Notes: generated by a model not told the origin, from the sequence alone. A stretch of DNA of 64,000 nucleotides from a virus (IMGVR_UViG_3300047558_000092), one strand, 5' to 3'. Positions 10,538 to 20,756 are shown, numbered from the stretch's first letter. Program-made: numbers and translations.

Positions 10538-11026
10538 ATGCTACCATTATTAGCGGGAATTGTAAGTTCCCTAGTCTCAAACGGTTTAGGTAAAGTTGCA
10601 GAAGCTGTTACCTCAAAAGGTTTAGACTATGTGGAGGAAAAATTAGGTGTTAAATTGGAACCTAATATGTCTCCTGAAAAATTAGCAGCTGTGCAAGAAG
10701 CTGCAATGAAACATGACGAGTTTATGTTTGAGCAAGAAGTAAAAGATAGATCAAGCGCTAGAGAGATGCAACAAGCCGCATTAGCTCAAGGTGATTCTGA
10801 AAGTAAAAATTTCGTATATCGCTTTGCATGGTTCTGGTCTGTAGTCTCAGCACTATATTTCTTCTGTGTAACTTTTCTAACTATGCCAGAAGGTTCAAGA
10901 GACTTCGCTAACATCATTTTAGGTTTCCTATTAGGTACAGCGATTGCTTCAATCTTTAACTTCTTCTATGGCTCTTCTAAGTCAAGTGCAGATAAAACTC
11001 AAGCAATGATTAAAGGTATTAAATAA
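10538..11026 (+). CDS. holin candidate
   Basis: 162 aa, hydrophilic N-terminal half, two TM helices in the C-terminal half; start codon of the downstream endolysin overlaps its stop. Confidence 0.5.
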   Translation: MLPLLAGIVSSLVSNGLGKVAEAVTSKGLDYVEEKLGVKLEPNMSPEKLAAVQEAAMKHDEFMFEQEVKDRSSAREMQQAALAQGDSESKNFVYRFAWFWSVVSALYFFCVTFLTMPEGSRDFANIILGFLLGTAIASIFNFFYGSSKSSADKTQAMIKGIK

Positions 11027-11517
11027 TGGAAAATCTTTCAGAACATTTTACGTACAAAGAAGGTACGTACTCAGCTAAAGCAGTTGAACTAGGCGTAGAT
11101 AATACACCTTCAACTATTCAGCTTGCAAACATGCAGGTTGCAGCACAAGGTATGGAACAAGTTCGTGCATTACTTGGCAAGGCTATTAGCATCCAATCTT
11201 GGCTCCGTTTACCAAAAGTTAACGTAGCTGTTGGTGGCTCAGAAAAGTCAGCACATATGGATGGTTTTGCTATCGACTTTCGTTGTAATGGCTTCGGCTC
11301 ACCATACGAAATCTGTAAGGCAATTGCAGCCTCTGGTATTAAGTATGACCAGTTGATTCATGAATATAGTATGACACCTGATAAAGGTTGGGTACATATT
11401 TCATTTGACCCTGCTCTACGCAGACAAAACTTAACGATTATGCGTCCAGCTAATCCACATAAGATGTATGTATCTGGTATCCTAACTGCTGCCGAATACG
11501 CAGCTTGGAAACCATAA
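11026..11517 (+). CDS. endolysin, peptidase M15 family (L-alanyl-D-glutamate peptidase)
   Basis: 163 aa; SAHMDGFAIDF zinc-peptidase motif (VanY/M15 type) plus C-terminal His; T5-type endolysin architecture. Confidence 0.8.
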   Translation: MENLSEHFTYKEGTYSAKAVELGVDNTPSTIQLANMQVAAQGMEQVRALLGKAISIQSWLRLPKVNVAVGGSEKSAHMDGFAIDFRCNGFGSPYEICKAIAASGIKYDQLIHEYSMTPDKGWVHISFDPALRRQNLTIMRPANPHKMYVSGILTAAEYAAWKP

Positions 11518-11523
11518 AAGAAA

Positions 11524-11563
11524 AACCCCGTAATACCAACTAAGGTACTACGGGGTATTTTTA
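11524..11563. terminator. bidirectional terminator between convergent late and early transcription units
   Basis: ccccgta...tacgggg hairpin with A-run upstream and T-run downstream; lies between the + endolysin gene and the first - gene. Confidence 0.6.
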
Positions 11564-11566
11564 CGT

Positions 11567-11827
11567 CTATTGTAAATGCATGACTTCAGCTTTGCCAGAA
11601 CCATCATCAGGTTTATAATGCAGACTTGCTAGTGCATCACGATAACCCTCCTTGTAGCCAGCTTCATAAGAACCGTGTAGCCAATCACTAAGAAATTTAC
11701 TCAAGGTATTATTCTCAGCTGCAACTTTGGCCCATTGAAAACAACGTTCAGCTTTGAACTGAAAACCATCTTCATTTTGCCAAAACCATTCTTCGAACTT
11801 CTCGGCAATCATTTCATTAAGTTTCAT
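11567..11827 (-). CDS. hypothetical protein
   Basis: 86 aa ORF, Trp-rich, translationally coupled to the thioredoxin gene. Confidence 0.45.
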   Translation of the reverse strand: MKLNEMIAEKFEEWFWQNEDGFQFKAERCFQWAKVAAENNTLSKFLSDWLHGSYEAGYKEGYRDALASLHYKPDDGSGKAEVMHLQ

Positions 11828-12069
11828 GAACAGAACTCTTGCAGTTGAGAAGCGGTCATAGCGCCACTAGAACGCTTGATAACTTGATTATCTTCCATGA
11901 GTAATACCGTGGGGACACCTCGCACTGCAAACTCTCTAGCGGCCTCCATATCTTCATCGATATCGATAGTCTTAATCTGAGCAACGGGCAAGGGTAAATC
12001 TTGCATTGTCATTGCTAGTGCTTTGCATGGACCGCACCATGATGCTTTAAATACAACTAAATGTTTCAT
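11824..12069 (-). CDS. thioredoxin
   Basis: 81 aa with WCGPCK active site. Confidence 0.75.
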   Translation of the reverse strand: MKHLVVFKASWCGPCKALAMTMQDLPLPVAQIKTIDIDEDMEAAREFAVRGVPTVLLMEDNQVIKRSSGAMTASQLQEFCS

Positions 12070-12078
12070 ATAAACTCC

Positions 12079-13782
12079 TTATTGACAAGCTTCACATTCA
12101 CCTTTAGCAGCTTGTACGCCAGCTTGAGTATAAATGTAGTATAAAGCTAAAATGTTTTCATCTAAGAATGCTTCTTTGTGAACTTCAGCAATCCACGCAG
12201 GGTCTTCATCAGCAGCAAAGAACAGATTCAATGATTGCCATTGGTCGATGTACTTGCTACGTGCAGAAGCTAATCTTAACACAGCTTTCTGGTTAATCTC
12301 AAAGGCAGTCTTAAAAACTTCCTTTTCTTCTGGTGTTAGCCAATCGACATGCTGTACAGAACCTTGTTTATCGGTAATCTCCTGCAAGTGCTTCTTAGTA
12401 TAAACACCTTTCTTTTTCATAAGTTCTAAGAGGATAGGGTTAGTTCTATCAACTTCACCAGCTGCAGTCATTTGGTTGAAACTCATAGCAGGGTCTGGAT
12501 TGATACCTTCAGAGATACCACCCATTAACAGTGCAGTAGATTTGGTAGGAGCAATAGCAATACGATGAGTATTACGTACACCATAACCTTTGCACCACTC
12601 TGGTTCACCTAAGATTAAAGCTAAGTCTTCACTTGCACGTAATGATTCTTTATCAATGTGTGCTTGAATCTCTTGGCTTAACATGTGAGCATCGAACGAT
12701 TCGAATGGCAGCATCATACTCATGAACAAAGTATGAATGCCACATAAGCCTAGACCTAACGCATGACTCTTTTCTGTGAATCGTACAGCTTTTTCTAGAC
12801 CGCTAATACCTTTAGCTCGTTCAATGAATTCACTGGCAACACAATCTAAGAATACTGTAGCCCAATAAACTGCTTCTGTATCCTTCCACTCAGGGTACTT
12901 AGCACCATTCATAGAAGATAGAACACAAGTGTATGTATGCTCGTGGTCGTTGAATAACATAATCTCAGAACAAAGCTGAGAGTTATTAATCAACATGCCT
13001 AACTCTCTGTACATTACTGGACGTTTAGCATTAGCCTTATCAATGAAGAAGAAGTAGCCCTTGCCAGTTACCATTTTAACTTTCATTGCAGCTTGGAAAC
13101 GTTCGACAGCTTCTCGGTCATTTGCATTCAAACGGTCAATAAAAGTTTGGCGAATTGTCCAACCGATATTTAAGTCATCTGGCTCAGAAGAGATTAAGTT
13201 AACTACTTCGTGAAAATCGCCATGTTCAATATCTAAGTAACAAGCCCATGCACCTCTACGCGCAGTACCTTGTGCAATATTACGCATAGCATTAACGTGT
13301 TCTTTAATGATAGGTATAACACCAGAAGCTTTACCGCCTACGCTGATAGAAGTACCACGAGGACGAATATGAGAGAAGTCACTAGCAGTACCAAAACCGT
13401 ATTTAGTTAACATAGCAACTTCATGCAAGTTACTGTAGAAACCGTCTACTGAATCATCGACTACTGTACCAGAGCAAGATACAGGCATTCCACGAGTAGT
13501 ACCCATATTTGCTAATACTGGTGTAGATGGACTTAACCAACCTTTCCAGAATAGATTAAAGAACTCAGCTTCAGCTGTAGCTTGGAAATAAGCAGGTAAG
13601 TGTTTAGCTGCAGTCTTAGCAATGCGCTCAAACTGTCCACGAACAGATTTCCCGTTTGTTTCATACTCATATTTATCCTTAAACATTTGGTAGCCAGCGG
13701 TAGTGTACCATTCAGGGACTAAGCCCTGAGCTTGTAACTCTTTACGTTCTTCGCTTAACTTCTTGTAAATATTATCTGTCAT
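12079..13782 (-). CDS. nrdA: ribonucleotide reductase large subunit
   Basis: 567 aa; class I RNR alpha hallmarks (catalytic Cys/Asn/Glu region CSEIML..., C-terminal Cys pair CEAC); followed by nrdB. Confidence 0.85.
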   Translation of the reverse strand: MTDNIYKKLSEERKELQAQGLVPEWYTTAGYQMFKDKYEYETNGKSVRGQFERIAKTAAKHLPAYFQATAEAEFFNLFWKGWLSPSTPVLANMGTTRGMPVSCSGTVVDDSVDGFYSNLHEVAMLTKYGFGTASDFSHIRPRGTSISVGGKASGVIPIIKEHVNAMRNIAQGTARRGAWACYLDIEHGDFHEVVNLISSEPDDLNIGWTIRQTFIDRLNANDREAVERFQAAMKVKMVTGKGYFFFIDKANAKRPVMYRELGMLINNSQLCSEIMLFNDHEHTYTCVLSSMNGAKYPEWKDTEAVYWATVFLDCVASEFIERAKGISGLEKAVRFTEKSHALGLGLCGIHTLFMSMMLPFESFDAHMLSQEIQAHIDKESLRASEDLALILGEPEWCKGYGVRNTHRIAIAPTKSTALLMGGISEGINPDPAMSFNQMTAAGEVDRTNPILLELMKKKGVYTKKHLQEITDKQGSVQHVDWLTPEEKEVFKTAFEINQKAVLRLASARSKYIDQWQSLNLFFAADEDPAWIAEVHKEAFLDENILALYYIYTQAGVQAAKGECEACQ

Positions 13783-13783
13783 T

Positions 13784-14755
13784 TTATTCCTTATTCCATA
13801 CGAACGCTGAACTGTCCCAATTACGATGATATTGATTACCCATACCGCTAAAGAAGTCGTTGAAAGTATAATCGTTAATTCCTTTGTAGAACCACTCAGA
13901 AATTGGATTATATTTTACATCGTACTCTTTAGCAAAGCCTAGATTCTTCAAGCATTCGTTTACACGAGATTGCACAAAGTTTTCTAACTGGTGAGCCGTA
14001 ATACCTTTGATATCACCCTTCTCAAATAACATGGCAATAATTTGGCACTCATGCTCGTAAATCTTCTTCGCCACTTCACGAACCTTAGCTTCAATCTCTG
14101 CTACGTACTCTGGTGTAGCATCCTTACCCATTTGAGCTAGTTTATATTTGAATGCCCATGCGCCACCTTGTGAATGCATATTCTCGTCACGTACTGAGAA
14201 GTTGATACCACGTACAATATTCATTAACTTATTCTTACCCTGAGATTGGTAATGCTTCAAGAAAGCAAATGAACTGTACAGAATAACACCTTCTACCATT
14301 GAGAAAGCAGCTAACGAAACTAAGTCGTCCTTATGCTCAATAATTTCACCAATATGTGCTACACGATTCTTCAATACTTCGTTATCCAAATAAGACATAT
14401 AGAACTCTGGAGTATCAATATGTAATAGTTGATTAATCTTATTATAGAACGGAGCATGTACGGCTAGTTCAAACATGGAGAATACAGAAGCCATACGGTG
14501 AAACTCTGCACTATCGAACATGTCTTTAAAACGACCACCCCAATATTCAGAACCTGCGTGGGTTTCGTAGATGCTGAATAATTTAAGGGTGGTAATTACT
14601 GCATGCTTTTCAGCTTCAGTAAAGTTTACTAATACGTCCTGCACATCCTTCTCGACTTTAATTTCATCAGGTAACCAGAATACTTTTAATTGTTGGTCTG
14701 CAAACTCAACAGGTTCTGGTCGTTCATTAATCGGTAGCAGGTGTTTTTCTAGCAT
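13784..14755 (-). CDS. nrdB: ribonucleotide reductase small subunit
   Basis: 323 aa ferritin-like di-iron protein (EGVILYSSFAFL, RDENMH motifs). Confidence 0.85.
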   Translation of the reverse strand: MLEKHLLPINERPEPVEFADQQLKVFWLPDEIKVEKDVQDVLVNFTEAEKHAVITTLKLFSIYETHAGSEYWGGRFKDMFDSAEFHRMASVFSMFELAVHAPFYNKINQLLHIDTPEFYMSYLDNEVLKNRVAHIGEIIEHKDDLVSLAAFSMVEGVILYSSFAFLKHYQSQGKNKLMNIVRGINFSVRDENMHSQGGAWAFKYKLAQMGKDATPEYVAEIEAKVREVAKKIYEHECQIIAMLFEKGDIKGITAHQLENFVQSRVNECLKNLGFAKEYDVKYNPISEWFYKGINDYTFNDFFSGMGNQYHRNWDSSAFVWNKE

Positions 14756-14756
14756 T

Positions 14757-15176
14757 TTATTCCTCTTCTTTTACTACATTGTAGCGGTCACGAGCCTCTA
14801 GTGAATCTTGAGCGTCTTGCGTTAGATAACGACTACGGTACAAGTCTTCTAAAATCTTCGAGCCACTGGCTTTATCGATAGCTTCTCTACTAGCGTAACC
14901 GCTATATAGCCAAGCTTCATCTAGTCTCTCTTCTCCAACCCACCGACTGCATACTACTACTTCATTTAAGCGATTACGATGCTGTAAACCGTCTTGGCGT
15001 AGCACAGGTTTGTCGATATCCATACCCAACGAATGCAAGAACTTATTAAAAGCTACTGTATCATTCTCAAAGTCAGATGAGTAATTTGGCATTACTTTTA
15101 CAATCTCTGATTCAGACACAATACATAAGGCTACAATGGCTGAAGGACGGGGTGGAAATGTTAATTTTTTATTCAT
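14757..15176 (-). CDS. hypothetical protein
   Basis: 139 aa ORF tightly coupled upstream of nrdB. Confidence 0.4.
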   Translation of the reverse strand: MNKKLTFPPRPSAIVALCIVSESEIVKVMPNYSSDFENDTVAFNKFLHSLGMDIDKPVLRQDGLQHRNRLNEVVVCSRWVGEERLDEAWLYSGYASREAIDKASGSKILEDLYRSRYLTQDAQDSLEARDRYNVVKEEE

Positions 15177-15209
15177 GGTTTACCCTTTATTGAGAGAGAA
15201 ATGATTATA

Positions 15210-15347
15210 TCATGTAGATTTGGTTAAATCAAGGGCTGTTTCACCCTGATTCTTAATGTCAGCTAAGTGCAGTTTGAGTGCAGCTATCCCCATGAGAATG
15301 TACGGAGCAGTCAATATACCTAACGCTAAATAAACTAATACTTCCAT
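15210..15347 (-). CDS. small hydrophobic protein (below the 60 aa track cutoff)
   Basis: about 45 aa ORF, MEVLVYLALGILTAPYILMGIAALKLH..., start adjacent to upstream stop. Confidence 0.25.
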   Translation of the reverse strand: MEVLVYLALGILTAPYILMGIAALKLHLADIKNQGETALDLTKST

Positions 15348-15348
15348 A

Positions 15349-15912
15349 TTAACCTTTCTTTAAACTAGGGTTCAGCATAAATTCCAACAGGAACATTGCA
15401 TTAACGGCTACAGCAGCCATGTGAGGCATGTTTGGTGTCGTACTATCAGTGTCATAGATTTCACCCCTTCTATGGGCCTCTAAGTGCCTGTAAAGTGCAT
15501 CTAGGTATCTCTGTTCTGCGTTAGGGACTAACTGCCAGTTATTACGCTGTTTATACTTCTCTAAACCAGCTGTAAGATTACGAGCTACTTCCGCTAATGC
15601 ATGAGGTGGTACTAAACTATACTGAAGCTTGCCACTGTCATATTTAGTTCCTGCTACTTGTTCGGTAGACTCTGGCATACCTGCCGCTACCCATTCATCT
15701 ACATCTTTTTTAATTGACACTGGTTCCTCCACTTCTACCCATATAATCCCATCCTCGAAACAATTGGTTGCATCCCTAAATTCGTCACACAGTTGCATGT
15801 AGCTTTGACCTGCACAACCGTGGCATCCGTTATCACAATCAGGTACAGCCTTATAGTTAACGTCACCAATTGTGACAAAATCAAGAGACATTTGGAAATC
15901 CTTCAAAACCAT
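15349..15912 (-). CDS. hypothetical protein, possible nucleotide-hydrolase partner of the MazG-like gene
   Basis: 187 aa, Cys-rich N-terminus (CDNGCHGCAG); overlaps the MazG-like ORF by 32 nt. Confidence 0.35.
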   Translation of the reverse strand: MVLKDFQMSLDFVTIGDVNYKAVPDCDNGCHGCAGQSYMQLCDEFRDATNCFEDGIIWVEVEEPVSIKKDVDEWVAAGMPESTEQVAGTKYDSGKLQYSLVPPHALAEVARNLTAGLEKYKQRNNWQLVPNAEQRYLDALYRHLEAHRRGEIYDTDSTTPNMPHMAAVAVNAMFLLEFMLNPSLKKG

Positions 15913-16405
15913 TACTTAGAACATACATTGGAATGCAGCTAGATAAATCATTTGAAACAAAGTTAATAGGCTTACGAACCTTATCTTGGTCATCTTTAAT
16001 TACAAACAAGTCGTAAGCTGAATTATATGTAACTGAAACATTTACATTATCAGCTTCAAATTTTTGAGCAGTGAGTACAGCAATTGATTCCTGAATAGGG
16101 TACTTGCTTAAGTTATTGGCGGCAGTATCATATAAAGCTTTCTGAGAATTGAAACCTAAAGCTTCCAGTTTCTGTAGTAAACCTAAACCTGTGACTAACA
16201 CATCTACCACACCATCCAGTACTTCAACTGGATTATTCTCTCTAAGACCATCGGCAAGCTCTTTTAGTTCTTCAGTAATTAATGAAAACTGTTTGCACAA
16301 GTCTAAATGAGTAGCAGCCTTATCTTTACCTGCAATTTCATTGAACGCATATACGTCAATCTTAAAGTCGTCAAATGTATAATCGTTATGTGGCATCTTA
16401 TTCAC
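15881..16405 (-). CDS. MazG-like nucleoside triphosphate pyrophosphohydrolase domain protein
   Basis: 174 aa; EELKEL...E..D..DVLV pattern typical of MazG/all-alpha NTP-PPase. Confidence 0.45.
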   Translation of the reverse strand: MNKMPHNDYTFDDFKIDVYAFNEIAGKDKAATHLDLCKQFSLITEELKELADGLRENNPVEVLDGVVDVLVTGLGLLQKLEALGFNSQKALYDTAANNLSKYPIQESIAVLTAQKFEADNVNVSVTYNSAYDLFVIKDDQDKVRKPINFVSNDLSSCIPMYVLSNGFEGFPNVS

Positions 16406-16408
16406 CTT

Positions 16409-16561
16409 TCATTTTGTTAATATCTTTTAAATCGTAAATTGCATCTTTTGCAGCATCAGGTAGATAAACCAACCAATAGATAGGCAAAACAATCAGCCAT
16501 ACGATATACACAAGAAACTTTGCTCGGTGATTAACACACCATTTAACCCAACTGCGCATAT
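16409..16561 (-). CDS. small membrane protein (below track cutoff)
   Basis: 51 aa MRSWVKWCVNHRAKFLVYIVWLIVLPIYWLVYL... with GGAG Shine-Dalgarno upstream. Confidence 0.3.
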
Positions 16562-16579
16562 AGACTCCTTTCAAGAGAC

Positions 16580-16604
16580 AAAAATCCCCGCTGTTAGGCG
16601 GGGT
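16580..16604 (-). terminator. rho-independent terminator (minus strand)
   Basis: ccccgc-ctaaca-gcgggg hairpin followed by a T-run when read on the minus strand. Confidence 0.55.
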
Positions 16605-16645
16605 GTGATTTCAAATTGTTAACGTATTATATCACAAAGCAAGCA

Positions 16646-17575
16646 TTATGCCAATAGTGATTTACGTTTTTCTTTTGTTGTTTTAGGTACGCGATGACGA
16701 TGTATAGCACCACAAGAGTTACAGCGAATTTCATCAAACTTATTTAATGAAGTTTCGGTTGTACGCCCTGTCTCTTCTACATCAGCACTACCGCAAACTC
16801 GGCAACGAACTAAATCATCATCGAAGTATAGTGCAGCATTAAAGTCTGAACCAGCACGACCTAATTGACGAGTACGTAAGTAAACTTCAACGAGTAAATC
16901 TACGTCTTGCTCACAGTACTTTACCATGTCAGCCATCGCTTTAGTGTCACCTGATTGTACAGCTTTCCACAGTGAAATACCACCAGTAGAAATCTTACGA
17001 CCTAAGTTAAAGAACTCACCGATAGCGTCTAAGCGATTGCTTGGCAATTTGAGATACTTCTTGACTAGTTGTAACGTATCTAACACCTTGACTTGTGGTA
17101 ATGGAGGAAAGCCATTATAGATCGCACGAGTTTGCACAACCTTGTGGTCAAAGCCTTGAGAGTTATGTGCAAGTACAGCGTCAGCTTCTTCGTACAAGTC
17201 GAATAACTTAGCAACAATACGACTATCATCATAGTTACGAACTTCGGCTGGAGTTAGGTAAATACTTTGTGTCTTAGCTTCACCCAACCAGCGCCAGCAA
17301 GCACACATAATCCAACCACCATTCTCTAAAATATTGTCTTGAGATAGGTTAACCTTGAATCGACCAAAGGTAAGCGCAGTAGCTGCAGCTGTCTCTGTAT
17401 CGTAAACTAGGATTCGTGGACCATCACCATTCTTTACTGGTGTTTGACCATTACGTTGAATTGCATAGTTGATACCGCTTTTACTGATACCTAATAGTTC
17501 TGCAATTTGTCGTGAAGATAAACCATCACGGTTCATTTCTAAAATAGCTTCGATAGTTTGGTCTGTATATTTCAT
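16646..17575 (-). CDS. DnaQ-like 3'-5' exonuclease with N-terminal HTH and C-terminal zinc ribbon
   Basis: 309 aa; HTH (LSSRQIAELLGISKSGINYAI); exonuclease motif I (LVYDTETAA); C-terminal CxxC...CxxC. Confidence 0.6.
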   Translation of the reverse strand: MKYTDQTIEAILEMNRDGLSSRQIAELLGISKSGINYAIQRNGQTPVKNGDGPRILVYDTETAAATALTFGRFKVNLSQDNILENGGWIMCACWRWLGEAKTQSIYLTPAEVRNYDDSRIVAKLFDLYEEADAVLAHNSQGFDHKVVQTRAIYNGFPPLPQVKVLDTLQLVKKYLKLPSNRLDAIGEFFNLGRKISTGGISLWKAVQSGDTKAMADMVKYCEQDVDLLVEVYLRTRQLGRAGSDFNAALYFDDDLVRCRVCGSADVEETGRTTETSLNKFDEIRCNSCGAIHRHRVPKTTKEKRKSLLA

Positions 17576-17793
17576 TTATTTCCTTTTGCTAGTAGTGCCA
17601 CGTTTGAATTTGTATTAACCCATTGGTTATTACCCCATTGTCTCACACCGCTCGGATATGATAATTGAAAGTTAGTTTGCTTATTTAATGCGACACCTAA
17701 CTGCTCATAGAGTTTGTTAGCGTCTTCCATTGTAATTTCATAATCTGTACTACCAATTGTTAGAGTCATCTTTTGATTTAACTCAATTTTCAT
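17572..17793 (-). CDS. hypothetical protein
   Basis: 73 aa ORF with overlapping start/stop. Confidence 0.4.
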   Translation of the reverse strand: MKIELNQKMTLTIGSTDYEITMEDANKLYEQLGVALNKQTNFQLSYPSGVRQWGNNQWVNTNSNVALLAKGNK

Positions 17794-18320
17794 CGTACCT
17801 CCTGTTGTTCTCTAAACCTTTTCTTAACCTCTTCGAAGTTAATTGGCTTATAGTCTGTATGTTCTACACTAACACACAAGTAACGAGGGTCGATTCTACC
17901 ATCCTTCATTACTCTGTTATTGTGCAAGTGACCATGAATGTTACCTTCGTAACGGCCTAACGATTCTTCATGAATTGGCATATGCGTTAGCATATATTTA
18001 TCAAGATAGTGATAAGCTCGAATGTCACGATAGTATGGTAAGTATTCATCTAATCGAAAGATATCGTGATTACCTTTGATTAGTATTTGGTCACCATTTA
18101 AACGTGATAGTAATGAAAGAAATCTGCGGTTAATAACTACGTCACCTAAATGATAAACTTTATCCTTAGGTCCGACAGTTTTGTTCCACATATCAATCAT
18201 ATCTTCATTCATCTTTTCAGGGTCATCCCAAGGTCTGCATTTAGTTCCATCTGCCATAACGAACTTACAAACCCCAACATGACCCCAATGAGTGTCGCTA
18301 GTTAGAAACACTTCAGCCAT
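17790..18320 (-). CDS. calcineurin-like metallophosphoesterase (Ser/Thr phosphatase family)
   Basis: 176 aa; DTHWGH, GDVV, GNHD, GHLH metallophosphatase motifs. Confidence 0.75.
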   Translation of the reverse strand: MAEVFLTSDTHWGHVGVCKFVMADGTKCRPWDDPEKMNEDMIDMWNKTVGPKDKVYHLGDVVINRRFLSLLSRLNGDQILIKGNHDIFRLDEYLPYYRDIRAYHYLDKYMLTHMPIHEESLGRYEGNIHGHLHNNRVMKDGRIDPRYLCVSVEHTDYKPINFEEVKKRFREQQEVR

Positions 18321-18528
18321 CTACTACCTCACAATCCAATTTACGAATCCAGTTTAGACAGTTCCATGAATTGCGCTCCCTAGTCCAATAGACAGCTTCC
18401 TCTTCACGCAGAACTTCGAATACTTCACCGACATGTTTAGCATACCATAACATTGAATCATGGCATTTTAATACCTTAATTTTCATATTATTCCTTTGCT
18501 TGTTCGATAAAGTCACAAAGTATATCAT
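18313..18528 (-). CDS. hypothetical protein
   Basis: 71 aa ORF. Confidence 0.35.
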   Translation of the reverse strand: MIYFVTLSNKQRNNMKIKVLKCHDSMLWYAKHVGEVFEVLREEEAVYWTRERNSWNCLNWIRKLDCEVVDG

Positions 18529-18985
18529 AACTGAACTGCTTTGTCAAGATTGCAGCTTGAAATGCTTTCTTACGTTCAGCACCATTCTTGCACTTATTGC
18601 AACCTAAAGCATTCAATACTTTGTCCTTATTGGATTCGTTTAACTTATTAAAAGCTGTATTAACTTTCTTTATCCAATGGGGATGGTTGTAACGGTCATC
18701 ATCTGGTCTACGTAAGTATTCAGCAGATTGCTCTAAAAACGTAGGTAAGTCATGAGGATACCAGTAACTTAAGTATCTAGTCCAGATATTCTCAATCTTA
18801 CCTAACGCTGCATTAGATTGTCTAGCCAGTACAGCTCGTACTCTCATGGTATCATGGTTGTGGTCTAGGCAGTGTTGCTTAGGTTCAATCGGCAGTTTAG
18901 TTAGAGCATCGATATTATCTTGCTCCTTCGTTAGTGCTTCTCGAACCTTCTTTACGTCAGCTGCATTGTATAAGTCAATTGTCAT
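18488..18985 (-). CDS. Endo VII / HNH-like nuclease-fold protein, degenerate
   Basis: start moved to MTIDLY... (ATG at 18985); LDHNHDTMRVRAVLARQSNAALG resembles the Endo VII motif (compare 26719..27198) but the zinc Cys residues are replaced. Confidence 0.4.
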   Translation of the reverse strand: MTIDLYNAADVKKVREALTKEQDNIDALTKLPIEPKQHCLDHNHDTMRVRAVLARQSNAALGKIENIWTRYLSYWYPHDLPTFLEQSAEYLRRPDDDRYNHPHWIKKVNTAFNKLNESNKDKVLNALGCNKCKNGAERKKAFQAAILTKQFSYDILCDFIEQAKE

Positions 18986-19463
18986 AGATACACCGCACCC
19001 ATTTTGCAAATAATTTTAACTCTGAAACGCTTGCATCTGACTTCATTCTGTTGGCCTTATGACTAATTACCTGAATATTGTTTTTTAGATAACCTAAAGA
19101 TGTATCTATTCTATCAATTGTTGGAGAACAGTCATGTAGTTTACCATCACCTACTTCAAGATTTAAACCTAAGATAGGGCATTTATTTGGAACAGTTATA
19201 TCTTCAAGTGTTAAATCGAAAGTTAAACCATTCTTTTTTGCTCTTTGTTTTGCTTTTTTAAGAAGCTCATTGGAAGGATTAATTCTTCTCTTAGCCTTAC
19301 CTTTTTCACTAATAATACCCTTATTTTCTAGATATTTTTTAGCAGCTTTTTCCTTAATGATAGCTTTATACTTTTCTCTATATCTCGCTTTAGATACTGC
19401 ACGTTTTGCTTTATCCCGCATAAACACCTCTTTCTCCTGCAAATTGTACGAAACTACTTTCAT
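18975..19463 (-). CDS. HNH endonuclease with Lys-rich N-terminus
   Basis: 162 aa; CPILG...HDCSPTIDRID...YLKNNIQVISHKANRMK HNH_3-type motif. Confidence 0.6.
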   Translation of the reverse strand: MKVVSYNLQEKEVFMRDKAKRAVSKARYREKYKAIIKEKAAKKYLENKGIISEKGKAKRRINPSNELLKKAKQRAKKNGLTFDLTLEDITVPNKCPILGLNLEVGDGKLHDCSPTIDRIDTSLGYLKNNIQVISHKANRMKSDASVSELKLFAKWVRCIYDN

Positions 19464-20394
19464 CGTCCCAACTGCGCTTCATATAGGCACAGGTCCAATA
19501 TAACTGAAGCATGTCAAACCAAGTAACATCAGTATGTTCTATACCATGACAATCAGTATAGTTAAATGGTTCAGGGTATAGAAATTTAAAACCACTAATC
19601 AATGCTTCTAAAATTTCTTGCTCAGTTTTACAATCTTTTAAAAGATTCATAGCCTTTGTAGGGCCATACTTAACTTGAGACAAATCGTAACCGCAGTAAG
19701 CGTCAGCTGTATCACCAGCTAAAGTCTGTAAAGCTAAGAACATAAGTCCATCACCTTTAACTACAGCTTTTTCTTTGTATAATGAACCAACAGTGGGGAT
19801 TAACTTGATTTCCCAAGGGTCTTTCTGCCAGTTTAAAACCTGAACACCAGAGCTTTGTTGTGCATCCTTATCATTACTGACAAGAATAGGGTCATTACCT
19901 TTAGCTAACTCTTCGTATGAACGAATTGTAGTTACATCGTCAACTTCTAGTGTACCAGCAGGTACAACTTTTGCACCGTATTTAACTTTTAGATAGTGCC
20001 TAGTATCATCAAGTAGTAATGGTCGTAAGTTTTCTGTACGATTACTTTTGTAACCAGTTGGCAATGGTAATCTATGTCTGAAAGTGTCACCAGAACCGAT
20101 GTATATTTCTACACGATCAGCCCATGTTTCCTCTTTCATTCTATCTAAGAATTTTTTGATTGTACCTAAAGTAAAATCTTTACTGCCTACAGTCTGTATA
20201 TCTTCCATTGCATAATCTTCTGGAATATACTCGTAATTCTTTTCAGCTAAGAATTCTTTAAAGGTAGTACGGTTCTTAAATATTTGCTCTTTATTAGATT
20301 TAATGTGCTTAACTAATACGCTACGTTGTTCACCAGCTGCAGCAAAGCGATAGGCAATTAAGTCACCATCAATGATTAGTACTCTTTCCGACAT
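19411..20394 (-). CDS. 5'-3' exonuclease / flap endonuclease (FEN, T5 D15 / T4 RNase H-like)
   Basis: 327 aa; N-terminal LIIDGDLIAYRFAAA PIN-domain acidic cluster and downstream Asp clusters. Confidence 0.8.
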   Translation of the reverse strand: MSERVLIIDGDLIAYRFAAAGEQRSVLVKHIKSNKEQIFKNRTTFKEFLAEKNYEYIPEDYAMEDIQTVGSKDFTLGTIKKFLDRMKEETWADRVEIYIGSGDTFRHRLPLPTGYKSNRTENLRPLLLDDTRHYLKVKYGAKVVPAGTLEVDDVTTIRSYEELAKGNDPILVSNDKDAQQSSGVQVLNWQKDPWEIKLIPTVGSLYKEKAVVKGDGLMFLALQTLAGDTADAYCGYDLSQVKYGPTKAMNLLKDCKTEQEILEALISGFKFLYPEPFNYTDCHGIEHTDVTWFDMLQLYWTCAYMKRSWDDESSFVQFAGERGVYAG

Positions 20395-20743
20395 TGGTAT
20401 CCTTTACTAAATATATAAACACATTCAACTGCTTATTACGAGCTTGTTGAATCATATTAGCAGTACCTTTACTCTCACCATCCCAAATAGCAATAAGCGC
20501 GTCAGCATACTCAGCCATTTGTTTGTTTCGAATAGGTCCAGCTGCCCTACCATGTTGGCTCCAATCCGCAGGAAAAGCCTCTACAGGGACGTTATTTGCT
20601 AAGGCCCATACCTCACCTAGGGTATCAACACCTTTAGCCTTACCAGACACAATCTGGCTAATCTCAAATCCAGAGATTTTTATGGCCTCTTCGACCAAAG
20701 CATAATTGGTGAAATCTCGTCCACCTGCAACGATTACTTTCAT
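20369..20743 (-). CDS. SLOG/DUF2493-type Rossmann-fold protein
   Basis: 124 aa; MKVIVAGGRDF...SGKAKGVDTLGE...PIRNKQM pattern typical of LOG/DprA-like SLOG domains. Confidence 0.5.
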   Translation of the reverse strand: MKVIVAGGRDFTNYALVEEAIKISGFEISQIVSGKAKGVDTLGEVWALANNVPVEAFPADWSQHGRAAGPIRNKQMAEYADALIAIWDGESKGTANMIQQARNKQLNVFIYLVKDTNVGKSTNH

Positions 20744-20756
20744 AAGTCTCCTTAAC